Below the pieces are notes generated by a model. It was given only the letters and a program-made list of their open reading frames with translations. It was not told the DNA's origin and made no database searches. Source: a virus. Taken from it: a stretch of DNA of 64,000 bases. The DNA is taken from the IMG/VR virus record IMGVR_UViG_3300024221_000009, positions 27,387 through 91,386 of that record. One strand, 5' to 3'. Shown one piece after another: positions 40,247 through 49,826 of the stretch (positions are counted from its first letter, which is position 1; every line of letters starts with the position of its first letter). The translations under genes were made by a program, and so were the position numbers.

Positions 40247-40490
40247 ACCTTATTTAGTTTATTTTTATCCTTATGAGGATGATCGTTTTTTTGAAAAGTC
40301 AAAAAAGCCTCAAGACCATGTTTGTTGTGTAATGGCATCTAGTCAAAAAGAAGCCATGGCCAAAACAGAAATAATAGCCCAAAATAATGGGGTTAAGTTT
40401 GTTAAGTTTATGGGAATTGGAACAGGAAAAGAAGAGTGGGTAAACGAACATGAACCTCTTAGAGATTATGGAAGAGGACCAAGAAAATAA
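40224..40490 (+). CDS. Hypothetical protein
   Basis: VMASSQKEA pattern is typical of small phage proteins. The start may be 40230. Confidence 0.5.
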   Translation: MRMESQIKPYLVYFYPYEDDRFFEKSKKPQDHVCCVMASSQKEAMAKTEIIAQNNGVKFVKFMGIGTGKEEWVNEHEPLRDYGRGPRK

Positions 40491-40518
40491 AATATATAAA
40501 AAAAATAAAAATTAAACA

Positions 40519-40752
40519 ATGTCAACAAAACATCCCTGGGAATATAAACAAGAAGTTATAAAAGATAAAGCTAGTAAAGAAGAATTTCAAAAACTTATAG
40601 ACAAAATTAAGAATAAAGAAGATCAACACAAGTCAGATATGTTTATAAAAAAAGGAACAAAATCCAAAACAAAAAAAACTCAATATCATTTCATTAATGG
40701 AATTCCACATAAGATGGTTGGTGGAAATTGGGTTCCTTTAACTAAAATGTAA
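40519..40752 (+). CDS. Hypothetical basic protein, 77 aa
   Basis: A-rich start context with AATATATA at 40491. Confidence 0.5.
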   Translation: MSTKHPWEYKQEVIKDKASKEEFQKLIDKIKNKEDQHKSDMFIKKGTKSKTKKTQYHFINGIPHKMVGGNWVPLTKM

Positions 40753-40777
40753 ACAAAACCGATTATCGAGATATAAT
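40750..40777 (+). promoter_or_regulatory. Middle-type promoter TAAAC-N17-TATAAT (bgt/gp56/pol operon)
   Basis: Same motif and spacing as the other five sites. Confidence 0.65.
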
Positions 40778-40793
40778 ACTTAAAATAAATTAC

Positions 40794-41078
40794 ATGAAGA
40801 GTATATTAGAAGAAGCAAATGACATTGTAAATAATAGAAGTGAAGAAGCAGATAGAAATTATGGTCCTTTTTCTGAAGGAATGGATCGAGCTGCTATGAT
40901 ATTTCAAGGAATGACCGGCCATCCCGTAACCGGCGCTGATATGTTTAAAGCATTAGTAGCACTTAAATTTTCTAGAGAAAGTTACAACCACAAAAGAGAT
41001 AATTTATTAGACGCAGTCGCGTACATTCAAGGATTAGATAACTACGTTCAGGAGAACAATTCTAAAAACAATGAATGA
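40794..41078 (+). CDS. DUF6378-like small helical protein associated with nucleotide-modification loci
   Basis: ILEEA..IV...R...YG, LKFSR and HKRDNLLDAVAY pattern. Confidence 0.7.
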   Translation: MKSILEEANDIVNNRSEEADRNYGPFSEGMDRAAMIFQGMTGHPVTGADMFKALVALKFSRESYNHKRDNLLDAVAYIQGLDNYVQENNSKNNE

Positions 41079-41238
41079 TAAAAGACCTAAAAACCCAATT
41101 AAAGTAACTCACCCTAAATATGGTACAGGAGAGGTTTACGAATATTTTGAATTTTACAATGAAGAATTTATGAATATAAAATTTGAAAAGTTAGATAAAG
41201 TAATGTACCTTAGTTCAGATTCTATAAAAAAAATATAA
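41071..41238 (+). CDS. 55-aa Tudor-like mini-protein (not in the ORF track)
   Basis: Manual translation MNDKRPKNPIKVTHPKYGTGEVYEY...IKF. It fills the gap exactly up to the next ATG. Confidence 0.6.
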   Translation: MNDKRPKNPIKVTHPKYGTGEVYEYFEFYNEEFMNIKFEKLDKVMYLSSDSIKKI

Positions 41239-42279
41239 ATGAAAGTAGCAATAACGTCAGTATTTTCAAACTTAACGTACAATAGTAAAAACCACAGAGG
41301 ATTAGAGGTAACATACTTTAAAAAGCTTTTAGAAGAAAACAAATATGACGTTGATCTAATTGGTAAAAAAAATAGAAATACAGAAGAATTTGATTTCTAT
41401 AAAAACTACGCTGACACTGATTGGAATTCTTATGAAGCAGTTTTTATTCAATTAAGTACTGCTAATTTCTTTGGCGGTGTTGTTGGAGAACATACTGAAC
41501 CAATTGCAAGAGCCCTTGCAGGATATGGTGGTAAAATATATGTTTTAGTAAATGATCCTCGGATCGATTTCTTAAACCCAGTGGATAAGTTAAAAAGATT
41601 TAATCTACTTCAAGATCTTAGCTCAGAGTGGTCCGAGATCATTGAGGAAGCAACATATTTATTTCCAGGTAAAGACATTAGTAAATTCTTAGGAAGAACA
41701 CCTAAAAATTGGCAAAAACTAGATTGGTTTACATATATGTTTAAGCACAGAATGGCTGATAAGTTAAATAATACAAAAACAACAAACGCACTTTTTGATT
41801 TTGATGCTCCTAAAAAAGAATGGGATGCCATTTACTATGGAGATAATCGAGCAGCCTTTAGAGAACAACAAGTTCGAAAGTATATGCCACATAGCGAAAA
41901 GAGTTTATTAGTAGGTTATAAAACTAAAAAAGTTCCAACGACCTTTGCAAAAAAGATGGAACACTCAGTTTTATTAGATACTATTTCAAAAAGTAAAGCA
42001 AGTTTAATATTAGGAGATGATGAACATTTAAATAATGTGACAACATTCCGCTTTTATGAAACTATGGCAAGTGATTGTTTGGCAGCGATCCAAATCGAAT
42101 ACGATCCAGAAATGGAATTAATACAAGACCCTGTATTGCGTGATCAATTATATGTAAAATCGTCAAAGGATGTTGAGAAATTAGTAGCATCTTATTCGGA
42201 TGATTTAATTGCAAGACAGAAGAAAGAATTAAGAAACATATTTAACAGATTAGATATAACCTTTAAAATAAACAAGTAA
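41239..42279 (+). CDS. bgt: DNA beta-glucosyltransferase (T4 BGT-like)
   Basis: Collinear matches to T4 BGT: MKVAI, NFFGG, IYVLVNDPR, DAIYYGDNR...RE and LILGD...NNVTTFRFYETMASD. Length is similar. Confidence 0.85.
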   Translation: MKVAITSVFSNLTYNSKNHRGLEVTYFKKLLEENKYDVDLIGKKNRNTEEFDFYKNYADTDWNSYEAVFIQLSTANFFGGVVGEHTEPIARALAGYGGKIYVLVNDPRIDFLNPVDKLKRFNLLQDLSSEWSEIIEEATYLFPGKDISKFLGRTPKNWQKLDWFTYMFKHRMADKLNNTKTTNALFDFDAPKKEWDAIYYGDNRAAFREQQVRKYMPHSEKSLLVGYKTKKVPTTFAKKMEHSVLLDTISKSKASLILGDDEHLNNVTTFRFYETMASDCLAAIQIEYDPEMELIQDPVLRDQLYVKSSKDVEKLVASYSDDLIARQKKELRNIFNRLDITFKINK

Positions 42280-42746
42280 TGGCAAACATAGATAACGAAT
42301 GTAAAGACTTAGAAGTAAAAGACTTTTATGATCAGTCAAACACACACTTAGCAGATATCATGGAAAACCAAAAAAAGATGCAAGAGCAGACTTATGGTTT
42401 TAACTTTGATGATATGACAATTAGAGAAATTATGGATTTCTGGCACTGTAATACACATGCAGTTGTTGATGAAATTCACGAAATGACCGATGCTCTTGGT
42501 GGTATTAAAGATGGTTCTGGAAATGCAGTATGGAAATACTGGAAAAAAGACTTTACAAAATACGATACATTAAAGATTTCTGACATGTCTGAAGGAGACA
42601 AAAAAGAATTGTATATGGAATGGGTAGATATTCTACACTTCTTTATTAATTACGCCGCTTCAATCGGGCTAGATGCTAAAACAGCATATAACTATTATTT
42701 CGCAAAAGCAGAAGAAAATGTTAACCGTCAGAAAAATAACTATTAA
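42279..42746 (+). CDS. dCTP/dUTP pyrophosphatase (T4 gp56-like)
   Basis: NEC, DEIHEM..ALG, AVWKYWK, ISDMS..D..E, EWVDILHF and RQKNNY all match the T4 gp56 pattern. Confidence 0.88.
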   Translation: MANIDNECKDLEVKDFYDQSNTHLADIMENQKKMQEQTYGFNFDDMTIREIMDFWHCNTHAVVDEIHEMTDALGGIKDGSGNAVWKYWKKDFTKYDTLKISDMSEGDKKELYMEWVDILHFFINYAASIGLDAKTAYNYYFAKAEENVNRQKNNY

Positions 42747-44143
42747 TGATATTAGATATCGAACAAAGAGATAGGGATGTCATTGTTTCCTATTACGATA
42801 CTGAAGGTAAAGTAGCATATAAACAATATCCAATTGCTCAATTCCAGAATTGGTATATATGTGATGAAAAAGAAAAAGGAGTTAGTACTGAATTTAAAAA
42901 CTGGGATGGAAGGCCTGTTAAATTAGGAAACGCTAGACAATTCAATAAATTTTCATTAAATTATTTTATAGACGGATTACCTGAAAAAGATAAAGAAGAA
43001 ATTTTAGCATATAATATGCCTAAAACCTATTTTGTCGATATTGAAACCGAAATTGTAGATGGATTTCCTAAAGCTGAAGAAGCTAAAAGTAGAATTTTAT
43101 CATTCTCAATTATTACACCAGAACGTAAAGCAATTGTATTAGGACTGGAAGATATGGCTCCTGATAAAATTAAAAAGATCAATGATGATACTAATGAGTA
43201 TTTCAAAGACTTTGATCAGGATTGGGAATTTAAGTATCATAAGTTTAATACAGAATATGATATGGTATATACTTTTTTAATGAAGTTTTTACCTAAATTT
43301 CCAATGATGACTGGCTGGAACTTCATAAACTATGACTGGCAATATATCGTAAATAGATGTAAAAGATTACAAATAGATGTTGCTGAGGTAGGTATGACTA
43401 AGAAGGTTGATAGAAACGATTCTAGACCTTTACATATTGGTATTTTAGATTACATGCAGTTATATGATAAATATGATCGTAGTGTGAAAGTAAAAGAATC
43501 TAATGCACTTGATTATGTTTCTGGTCAAGTATTAAACGTAAAGAAGATTAAATACTCAGGCTCATTACAGGATTTATATAGAGATAATTTCGTTAAATAC
43601 ATTTATTATAACGTGGTCGATTCAGTGCTGGTATACTATATTGATCAAAAGTTAAAATCAATGGAAGTTCTTTTAACTCTTGCAAATATAACAAGAATGC
43701 CGCTATATAAAGCAGCTTCTCCAGTGGCAGTCACAGAATCTTTAATGGCAAGAAAGTTAGCAGAACAAGGAATGCGAATAGGAACTGAAAGAAGAGAAGA
43801 TAGTGAAAAGAATTCTCAATACGCCGGAGCATTTGTTAAAGAACCTATTGTTGGATATTATGAAGGTGTAAGTGCATTTGACTTTGCTTCCCTATACCCA
43901 TCTATAATGAGACAATTTAATATTTCGCCAGATGCTTATATAGAGCAGGTATATAAGACTGAGGTTGCGGAAAGACGTAAAGACAAAGACGTTATTGTTT
44001 GTGATAATGGTGTAGTTTATAAAAAAGATGATAGTATTCTTAAAAAGATATTAACAGATTTATATTCTCAGAGGAAACAATATAAAAAAATGTCGTATGA
44101 TTATTTTACTAAGGCTGATCAACTTAAAAAAAGATTAAGATAA
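42746..44143 (+). CDS. Family B DNA polymerase, N-terminal subunit (exonuclease, palm motif A, first fingers helix; gp43A)
   Basis: ExoI DIET, ExoII GWNFINYD, ExoIII YNVVD, YAGAFV and DFASLYPSIM. It stops after the helix ending RKQYKK and lacks motifs B and C. Confidence 0.9.
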   Translation: MILDIEQRDRDVIVSYYDTEGKVAYKQYPIAQFQNWYICDEKEKGVSTEFKNWDGRPVKLGNARQFNKFSLNYFIDGLPEKDKEEILAYNMPKTYFVDIETEIVDGFPKAEEAKSRILSFSIITPERKAIVLGLEDMAPDKIKKINDDTNEYFKDFDQDWEFKYHKFNTEYDMVYTFLMKFLPKFPMMTGWNFINYDWQYIVNRCKRLQIDVAEVGMTKKVDRNDSRPLHIGILDYMQLYDKYDRSVKVKESNALDYVSGQVLNVKKIKYSGSLQDLYRDNFVKYIYYNVVDSVLVYYIDQKLKSMEVLLTLANITRMPLYKAASPVAVTESLMARKLAEQGMRIGTERREDSEKNSQYAGAFVKEPIVGYYEGVSAFDFASLYPSIMRQFNISPDAYIEQVYKTEVAERRKDKDVIVCDNGVVYKKDDSILKKILTDLYSQRKQYKKMSYDYFTKADQLKKRLR

Positions 44144-44265
44144 TATAATTATCAACAAGCCCTGCAGACTCTATGTAAATAGATATATAAAATCTATTAT
44201 CATAGATATGAAGGCCTAACAAGGCCTTTATTAGTCTAAATCAGTAAGCAAAAAAAAATAAAAAA

Positions 44266-45279
44266 ATGGAAAATTCAAATTTATTTATAGAGAGAGTAGA
44301 GTTCAAACCGTTTGAATATCCTGAATATTATACGGAAGGTTGGTTAAAACAAGCGCAAGCTTTTTGGCTACACACTGAAATATCAATGCAAGGAGATGTT
44401 AAAGATTGGAACGAAAAGTTAACAAAAGGAGAAAAGAATTTAGTTGGGAATATTCTTTTAGGCTTTGCTCAAACAGAATGTGCAGTGAGCGATTATTGGA
44501 CAACAATGGTAACCAAATGGTTTCCTAAACATGAAATTAAACAAATGGCAATGATGTTTGGTTCTCAAGAAACTATTCACGCAACAGCATACTCTTATTT
44601 AAATGAAACATTAGGTTTAGAAGATTTTGCTGCGTTTTTACACGAACCTGCTATTTCAGAAAAATTTGAATTATTAACTTCTACATCAGCCGATTATACA
44701 CACACTAACTTAGCAGAAGATGATAAAGCACGTAAAGAAGTTGCTAGATCACTTGCTATTTTTTCAGCTTTCGCTGAAGGAGTTTCACTATACAGTTCTT
44801 TCGCTGTTTTATATAGTTTTCAAATGAGAAACTTATTAAAAGGTATTGGACAACAAATGAAATGGTCTGTAAGAGATGAATCTCTACATTCTAAAATGGG
44901 ATGTCAATTATTTAAACAAATGGCAACTGAATATCCTGAGTTACAGGAGGATGTAAAAGAAGATGTTCTTAAAGCAGCTAAATTAATGGTTGAAATGGAA
45001 CACAAATTCATAGACATGATATTTGAACAAGGAGATCTTGAGAATCTTAAAGCAAATGATCTAAAGCAATTTATTATAAAAAGAGCTAATGAAAAGATTG
45101 CAGAATTAGGATATACAAAAGGTCCTTTTATGGAATATGATGAAGATGCTGCAGCAGAATTAGATTGGTTCTATCACTTAACAGGTGGAACAACACATAC
45201 TGATTTCTTTGCAACAAGATCTACAGATTATTCTAAAGCAGGTGAAGATGAAAACTGGGACGAAGACGAATTATTTTAA
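44266..45279 (+). CDS. nrdB: Ribonucleotide reductase class Ia beta subunit
   Basis: QETIHATAY (radical Tyr), EGVSLYSSF, RDESLH and TDFF motifs. Confidence 0.95.
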   Translation: MENSNLFIERVEFKPFEYPEYYTEGWLKQAQAFWLHTEISMQGDVKDWNEKLTKGEKNLVGNILLGFAQTECAVSDYWTTMVTKWFPKHEIKQMAMMFGSQETIHATAYSYLNETLGLEDFAAFLHEPAISEKFELLTSTSADYTHTNLAEDDKARKEVARSLAIFSAFAEGVSLYSSFAVLYSFQMRNLLKGIGQQMKWSVRDESLHSKMGCQLFKQMATEYPELQEDVKEDVLKAAKLMVEMEHKFIDMIFEQGDLENLKANDLKQFIIKRANEKIAELGYTKGPFMEYDEDAAAELDWFYHLTGGTTHTDFFATRSTDYSKAGEDENWDEDELF

Positions 45280-45300
45280 AAAGACTAAAACAATATAAAA

Positions 45301-47130
45301 ATGAGTAGCGAAAAAACAAATTATGGAGAATCACAAGGTTGGGAACTTGGTGTTGATTTTCCAACATGGGCAAACACAGAAATTTACGTAAAAACAATAA
45401 GCAACGGATATTTATTAGAAGGAGAAACGCCTAAAGACGCATATTGGAGAGTTGCAACAACAGTTGCTAAAAGGTTACAAAAACCTGAAATGGCTTCTAA
45501 ATTTTATGATTATATTTGGAGAGGTTGGTTAAATTTAGCTAGCCCAGTATTATCAAATACTGGAACTGAAAGAGGATTACCAATATCTTGTTTTGGTATC
45601 GATGTTGCCGATTCAATTCATGACATTGGTGCAAAGAATCTAGAGATGATGTTGTTAGCAAAACACGGAGGTGGAGTTGGTATTGGTATAAATCAAATTA
45701 GACCAGCAGGTGCAACTATACGAGGAAATGGAACATCAGACGGTGTAGTTCCTTTTTGTAAAGTATATGACTCAACTATTCTCGCAACTAACCAAGGTTC
45801 AGTTAGAAGAGGAGCTGCATCAGTTAATATAGATATTGAACATAAAGATTTTTGGGAATGGTTAGAAATTAGAGAACCTAAGGGAGATGTTAATAGACAA
45901 TCTTTAAATCTTCATCAATGCGTTGTTGTTTCTGATGGTTTCATGCAAAAAGTAAAAGAAGGAGATAAAGAAGCAAGAAAAAGATGGACGGCAGTTATTA
46001 GAAAAAGAAGAGCAACTGGAGAACCATATATAATGTTTAAAGGAAATATTAACAGAATGAATCCAGACGCATATAAGCAAAATGGATTAAAAGTTTACAT
46101 GACTAATATTTGTTCTGAAATTACACTACACACGGACGAAAACCATTCTTTTGTATGTTGCCTTTCATCTGTTAATTTATCAAGATATGATGAATGGAAA
46201 GATACTGATTTAATATACACTGCAACTTGGTTTTTAGATGGAGTATTAGAAGAATTTATTCAAAAAGCAAAATATATGCGTGGATTTGAAAACTCAATTC
46301 GTTCCGCTGAAAAAGGTAGAGCATTAGGATTAGGAGTTCTTGGATGGCATACATATTTACAAGATAGAAATATTCCATTTGAAGGTTTAACTGCACAATT
46401 TGAAACTCGTAAGATTTTTTCACAAATCAAGATTGAATCTGAAAGAGCATCAAGAGATATGGCAACTGAAATGGGAGAACCTCTATGGTGTGTTGGGACT
46501 GGAATGAGAAACACACACTTAAGGGCTATTGCACCTACAGTTTCTAATTCTAAATTAGCTGGAAACGTTTCCCCAGGTATTGAACCTTGGGCAGCAAATG
46601 TATTCACAGAACAAACTGCTAAAGGAACTTTTATTAGAAAGAATCAAACTTTAGAAAAATGCCTTGATAGTATTGGTAAAAATACAAAAAAGACATGGGA
46701 TCAAATTTTAAAAGATGGAGGATCAGTTCAAGGACTTGATTGGATAGATAATTACTCAGTACATATTGGTTCAAAAATAAATTTAGAATCAGGTTTAGGA
46801 AAACCTTTAACTAAAAAAGAAATTGAAAAAGAACCTCTTGAAAAACAAGGAGATTATATCCCTATGAAAGATGTTTTTAAAACATTTAAAGAAATTAATC
46901 AATTAGAGCTTGTAAGACAAGGTGGAATAAGACAACAATATGTCGATCAGGCTGTTTCATTAAATTTAGCATTTCCTACGGAAGCAGAACCTAAGTTTAT
47001 TAATCAAGTTCATTTAGAAGCATACGAACAGGGTATTAAAACTTTGTATTATATGAGAACTGAATCAGTATTAAGAGGAGATATTGCGCAATCAGCAATA
47101 GACCCAGATTGTTTAAGCTGTGACGGATAA
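45301..47130 (+). CDS. nrdA: Ribonucleotide reductase class Ia alpha subunit (no obvious ATP cone)
   Basis: SPVLSN, ISCF, GGGVG, TNICSEI, APTVSNS, KTLYY and C-terminal CLSC. Confidence 0.95.
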   Translation: MSSEKTNYGESQGWELGVDFPTWANTEIYVKTISNGYLLEGETPKDAYWRVATTVAKRLQKPEMASKFYDYIWRGWLNLASPVLSNTGTERGLPISCFGIDVADSIHDIGAKNLEMMLLAKHGGGVGIGINQIRPAGATIRGNGTSDGVVPFCKVYDSTILATNQGSVRRGAASVNIDIEHKDFWEWLEIREPKGDVNRQSLNLHQCVVVSDGFMQKVKEGDKEARKRWTAVIRKRRATGEPYIMFKGNINRMNPDAYKQNGLKVYMTNICSEITLHTDENHSFVCCLSSVNLSRYDEWKDTDLIYTATWFLDGVLEEFIQKAKYMRGFENSIRSAEKGRALGLGVLGWHTYLQDRNIPFEGLTAQFETRKIFSQIKIESERASRDMATEMGEPLWCVGTGMRNTHLRAIAPTVSNSKLAGNVSPGIEPWAANVFTEQTAKGTFIRKNQTLEKCLDSIGKNTKKTWDQILKDGGSVQGLDWIDNYSVHIGSKINLESGLGKPLTKKEIEKEPLEKQGDYIPMKDVFKTFKEINQLELVRQGGIRQQYVDQAVSLNLAFPTEAEPKFINQVHLEAYEQGIKTLYYMRTESVLRGDIAQSAIDPDCLSCDG

Positions 47131-47191
47131 AAAACTGAAATAGCCAACCTGAAATATGGTTGGATTTTAGGACCGTTTTAGTTAACGGCAC

Positions 47192-47231
47192 GGGGTAAGA
47201 AAAAGTTCGCTACTATTCTTACCCCATTTTT
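47192..47231 (+). terminator. Probable terminator after nrdA
   Basis: GGGGTAAGAA/TTCTTACCCC 10-bp stem followed by ATTTTT. Confidence 0.65.
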
Positions 47232-47273
47232 ATTAGATATATAGATTAACAAATTAATAAAAACAATTTAAAA

Positions 47274-47726
47274 ATGGCAAAAGTATTTTACGTGATTAAT
47301 CACAACGAAGGCGAAGGAGGAGTAGATTTCTTCAAAACAGAAAAAGAAGCATTAGCTTATGGAAAAGAACAATTCGAACAATTCGAAATGGGTAAAGAAG
47401 TAGAAGATGAAGATGGATGGGTATACATTGGAGACGCATTAACATTTAAAAAAGGAATCTTATTTTCATATGAAGAAGACGGTACTAAGTTACAAGCAAT
47501 TGAAGATGCTGATGCAAGACAATATGCTGAAGATCTAGAAGAAATGGGTTCTGCTGTATTCTTTGAAGGTTTTGTAAAAGGAATGTATTGTTTATTAGGT
47601 TACGATGTTAAAGGTAAAGGTATAAAATGGAGTTATACAGGTGATGGTATTAATGAAAATGAAGTTAAGAGTTCATTCAAATACGTGCACACCTTTGAAT
47701 CATTTACTAACACCTATAAAAAATAA
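47274..47726 (+). CDS. Acidic hypothetical protein with a C-terminal CTS-like motif
   Basis: Own late promoter (47236) and terminator. Ends INE|NEVKSSFKYVHTFESFTN. Confidence 0.55.
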   Translation: MAKVFYVINHNEGEGGVDFFKTEKEALAYGKEQFEQFEMGKEVEDEDGWVYIGDALTFKKGILFSYEEDGTKLQAIEDADARQYAEDLEEMGSAVFFEGFVKGMYCLLGYDVKGKGIKWSYTGDGINENEVKSSFKYVHTFESFTNTYKK

Positions 47727-47768
47727 ATAAAATTATTAAATTTTAATATTTTACCGCCAAACTACACT

Positions 47769-47797
47769 AAACCAGGACTTCAATCCTGGTTTTTTTA
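47769..47797 (+). terminator. Intrinsic terminator
   Basis: AAACCAGGA-CTTCAA-TCCTGGTTT plus a T tract. Confidence 0.8.
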
Positions 47798-47802
47798 TTT
47801 TT

Positions 47803-47830
47803 GAAACTTTTTACTTATTTTGCTTATAAT
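47803..47830 (+). promoter_or_regulatory. Middle-type promoter GAAAC-N17-TATAAT (clamp/gp43B operon)
   Basis: Same motif and spacing as the other five sites. Confidence 0.7.
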
Positions 47831-47860
47831 ACTCAAATAAGTTACTAAAAAATAAATATC

Positions 47861-48616
47861 ATGAAAATTACAATTAACAAAGTTGATCAAACTAATTTTA
47901 TCAACTTCATCAATAGACTTAAAGTTATCGATACTTTCGTTTATTTCAAGATTAAAAATGGTGTAGTTCAGGCTTCGGCTTATTTACCTCAAAGAGATGC
48001 GGTAAAACACCACAGATTACCAATCGGTCAAGTTTTTCAAGTTGAAGAAGATTCAATATCAACAGATAAAGAACTTAAAGTTGCTTTCTTTGATGCTCAA
48101 AAATTAACAGATGCTTTTAAGCAATTTGAGTATGATTCTATTCAAGGTGAATTAGAGTTTATTGAAAATGAAGATGACTTTGTTGCAACTAGCTTTAGAA
48201 TCTATAATGATGAGCTTGAAATTACTTTAGCATGTTCAGAGCCTTCTTTAGGATATAAAGATCTTACAGATGCTCAGATTCAAACTATCTTTAACGTAGA
48301 AGATGCAAATTATAAATTTGACATGGATTACACTACGTTAAATAAAGTAAGATCTCTATTTGGATTAGATAAAGAAGAAACTTTTTCTATTGAAGCGAAT
48401 GGAAAAGGTGTTAAGCTAACTGGAAACACATACAATATGCTAGTGACTCCTGATTATGATGGAGATTCTTCAGGTAAAGTTACATTATTCAAAAAATATT
48501 TAAATCTTTTAGACAAAGAAGATTATACAGCAAACGTATTAGATAATAGAGTTGTTTTAAAATCTAACGATTCTGAAACATTATTAACTATTGCAACATG
48601 TTCAACTGCTGAATAA
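47861..48616 (+). CDS. Sliding clamp (gp45-like)
   Basis: 251 aa with a twofold alpha/beta pattern, immediately upstream of the polymerase C-terminal subunit. No diagnostic motif. Confidence 0.55.
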   Translation: MKITINKVDQTNFINFINRLKVIDTFVYFKIKNGVVQASAYLPQRDAVKHHRLPIGQVFQVEEDSISTDKELKVAFFDAQKLTDAFKQFEYDSIQGELEFIENEDDFVATSFRIYNDELEITLACSEPSLGYKDLTDAQIQTIFNVEDANYKFDMDYTTLNKVRSLFGLDKEETFSIEANGKGVKLTGNTYNMLVTPDYDGDSSGKVTLFKKYLNLLDKEDYTANVLDNRVVLKSNDSETLLTIATCSTAE

Positions 48617-48622
48617 TATTAA

Positions 48623-49825
48623 ATGATAGAGATACAGGAACTTATTGATAAACCAGAAAGCGAGCTTAGTGTTCAAGAAACTGAAACATTGATTGATCAT
48701 TATCAAACAATGTCTGCAAAATACACAGCGTACGAACAGGCAGTTAAAGTAACACTAAACTCGATTTATGGTGCCTTTGGTAATAAATGGTTTCACTTTT
48801 TCGATATTGAAATAGCAGAATCAATTACATTACAAGGCCAAAGTGCCATTCTATATTCTGAAAAAATATTAAATAAATATTTTCAAGAATTTTGGCCAAA
48901 AGATACAGTAGTTCATGAACACTTTAATATTAGTATTAAAAATAAATTAGTAAGACCATCCGTAGTTTATATTGACACAGATTCTTGCTATGTTCAGTTT
49001 GAAGAAATGTATGAGTCTATTGAATGGTTAGGAGAATCAAAACCTCCTATTGATAAGTTTATTATGGATTTATATACGTTTAGACTTAGAGATTATATTA
49101 CAAAATGTATGCAAAAATATGCAGATGTTACTAATACAAAAAACTTTTTATTCTTTGAATTAGAATCAATTGCATATTCAGGTATATGGTTAGCAAAAAA
49201 GAAATATTTACAAAATATTGCATGGGAAGATCGATTAGACGTTTCTGATAGATATGATTCTCTTAAAAAAATTAAAACAATTGGTTTTGATACAATCCAA
49301 TCTTCAACACCGGCACTTGCACGTAAACATCTAACTGATGCTTTAAAAATAGTTCTTTCTGAAAAACCAACAGCAGATCTTCTTAAAAAGCTAGTAGATT
49401 ATTTAAAGAAAGGTAAGAAAGAATTTAAATTAGCAGATATAGACCAAATAGCATTTAATAAAAGAACAAATAATATTGAAAAATATATCGTAGATGATAC
49501 TATTGAATTTCAAATAGGTTTAAAGTGTCCACCTAATGTTAAAGCAGCAGGATTTTATAATTTCTTAATGAATCAATCTCCTAAATATAAAAACAAATAT
49601 AAAATGATAGGTAATGGTGAGAAATTAAAGTTATATCACTGTAAGCATTTATCGTGCGATATGTTTGCTTATTTACCAGGAGATCATCCTTATGAAATTG
49701 CGCCTGAGGTTGATTATGAACTACAATTTGAAAAAAGCGTAATAGACCCTTTAAATAGAGTATTGAAGGCAGTAGGTCTTCAGACTTTAAACAGAAATTT
49801 AATTTATTCAACATCATTATTTTAA
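48623..49825 (+). CDS. Family B DNA polymerase, C-terminal subunit (gp43B)
   Basis: Motif B KVTLNSIYGAFGN, SITLQGQ, motif C YIDTDS, KKKY, QSSTP and a clamp-binding-like tail STSLF. Confidence 0.9.
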   Translation: MIEIQELIDKPESELSVQETETLIDHYQTMSAKYTAYEQAVKVTLNSIYGAFGNKWFHFFDIEIAESITLQGQSAILYSEKILNKYFQEFWPKDTVVHEHFNISIKNKLVRPSVVYIDTDSCYVQFEEMYESIEWLGESKPPIDKFIMDLYTFRLRDYITKCMQKYADVTNTKNFLFFELESIAYSGIWLAKKKYLQNIAWEDRLDVSDRYDSLKKIKTIGFDTIQSSTPALARKHLTDALKIVLSEKPTADLLKKLVDYLKKGKKEFKLADIDQIAFNKRTNNIEKYIVDDTIEFQIGLKCPPNVKAAGFYNFLMNQSPKYKNKYKMIGNGEKLKLYHCKHLSCDMFAYLPGDHPYEIAPEVDYELQFEKSVIDPLNRVLKAVGLQTLNRNLIYSTSLF

Positions 49826-49826
49826 T

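Noticed and set aside
47190-47226. tRNA suggested by GTTCG
   Set aside because: No cloverleaf, acceptor stem or anticodon arm can be built. No tRNA was found in the window.
44000-48760. Split intein or intron joining the polymerase halves
   Set aside because: There are no intein N-terminal (C/S) or C-terminal (HN) blocks and no recognisable group I/II core. Each half has its own start and stop at the fingers tip.
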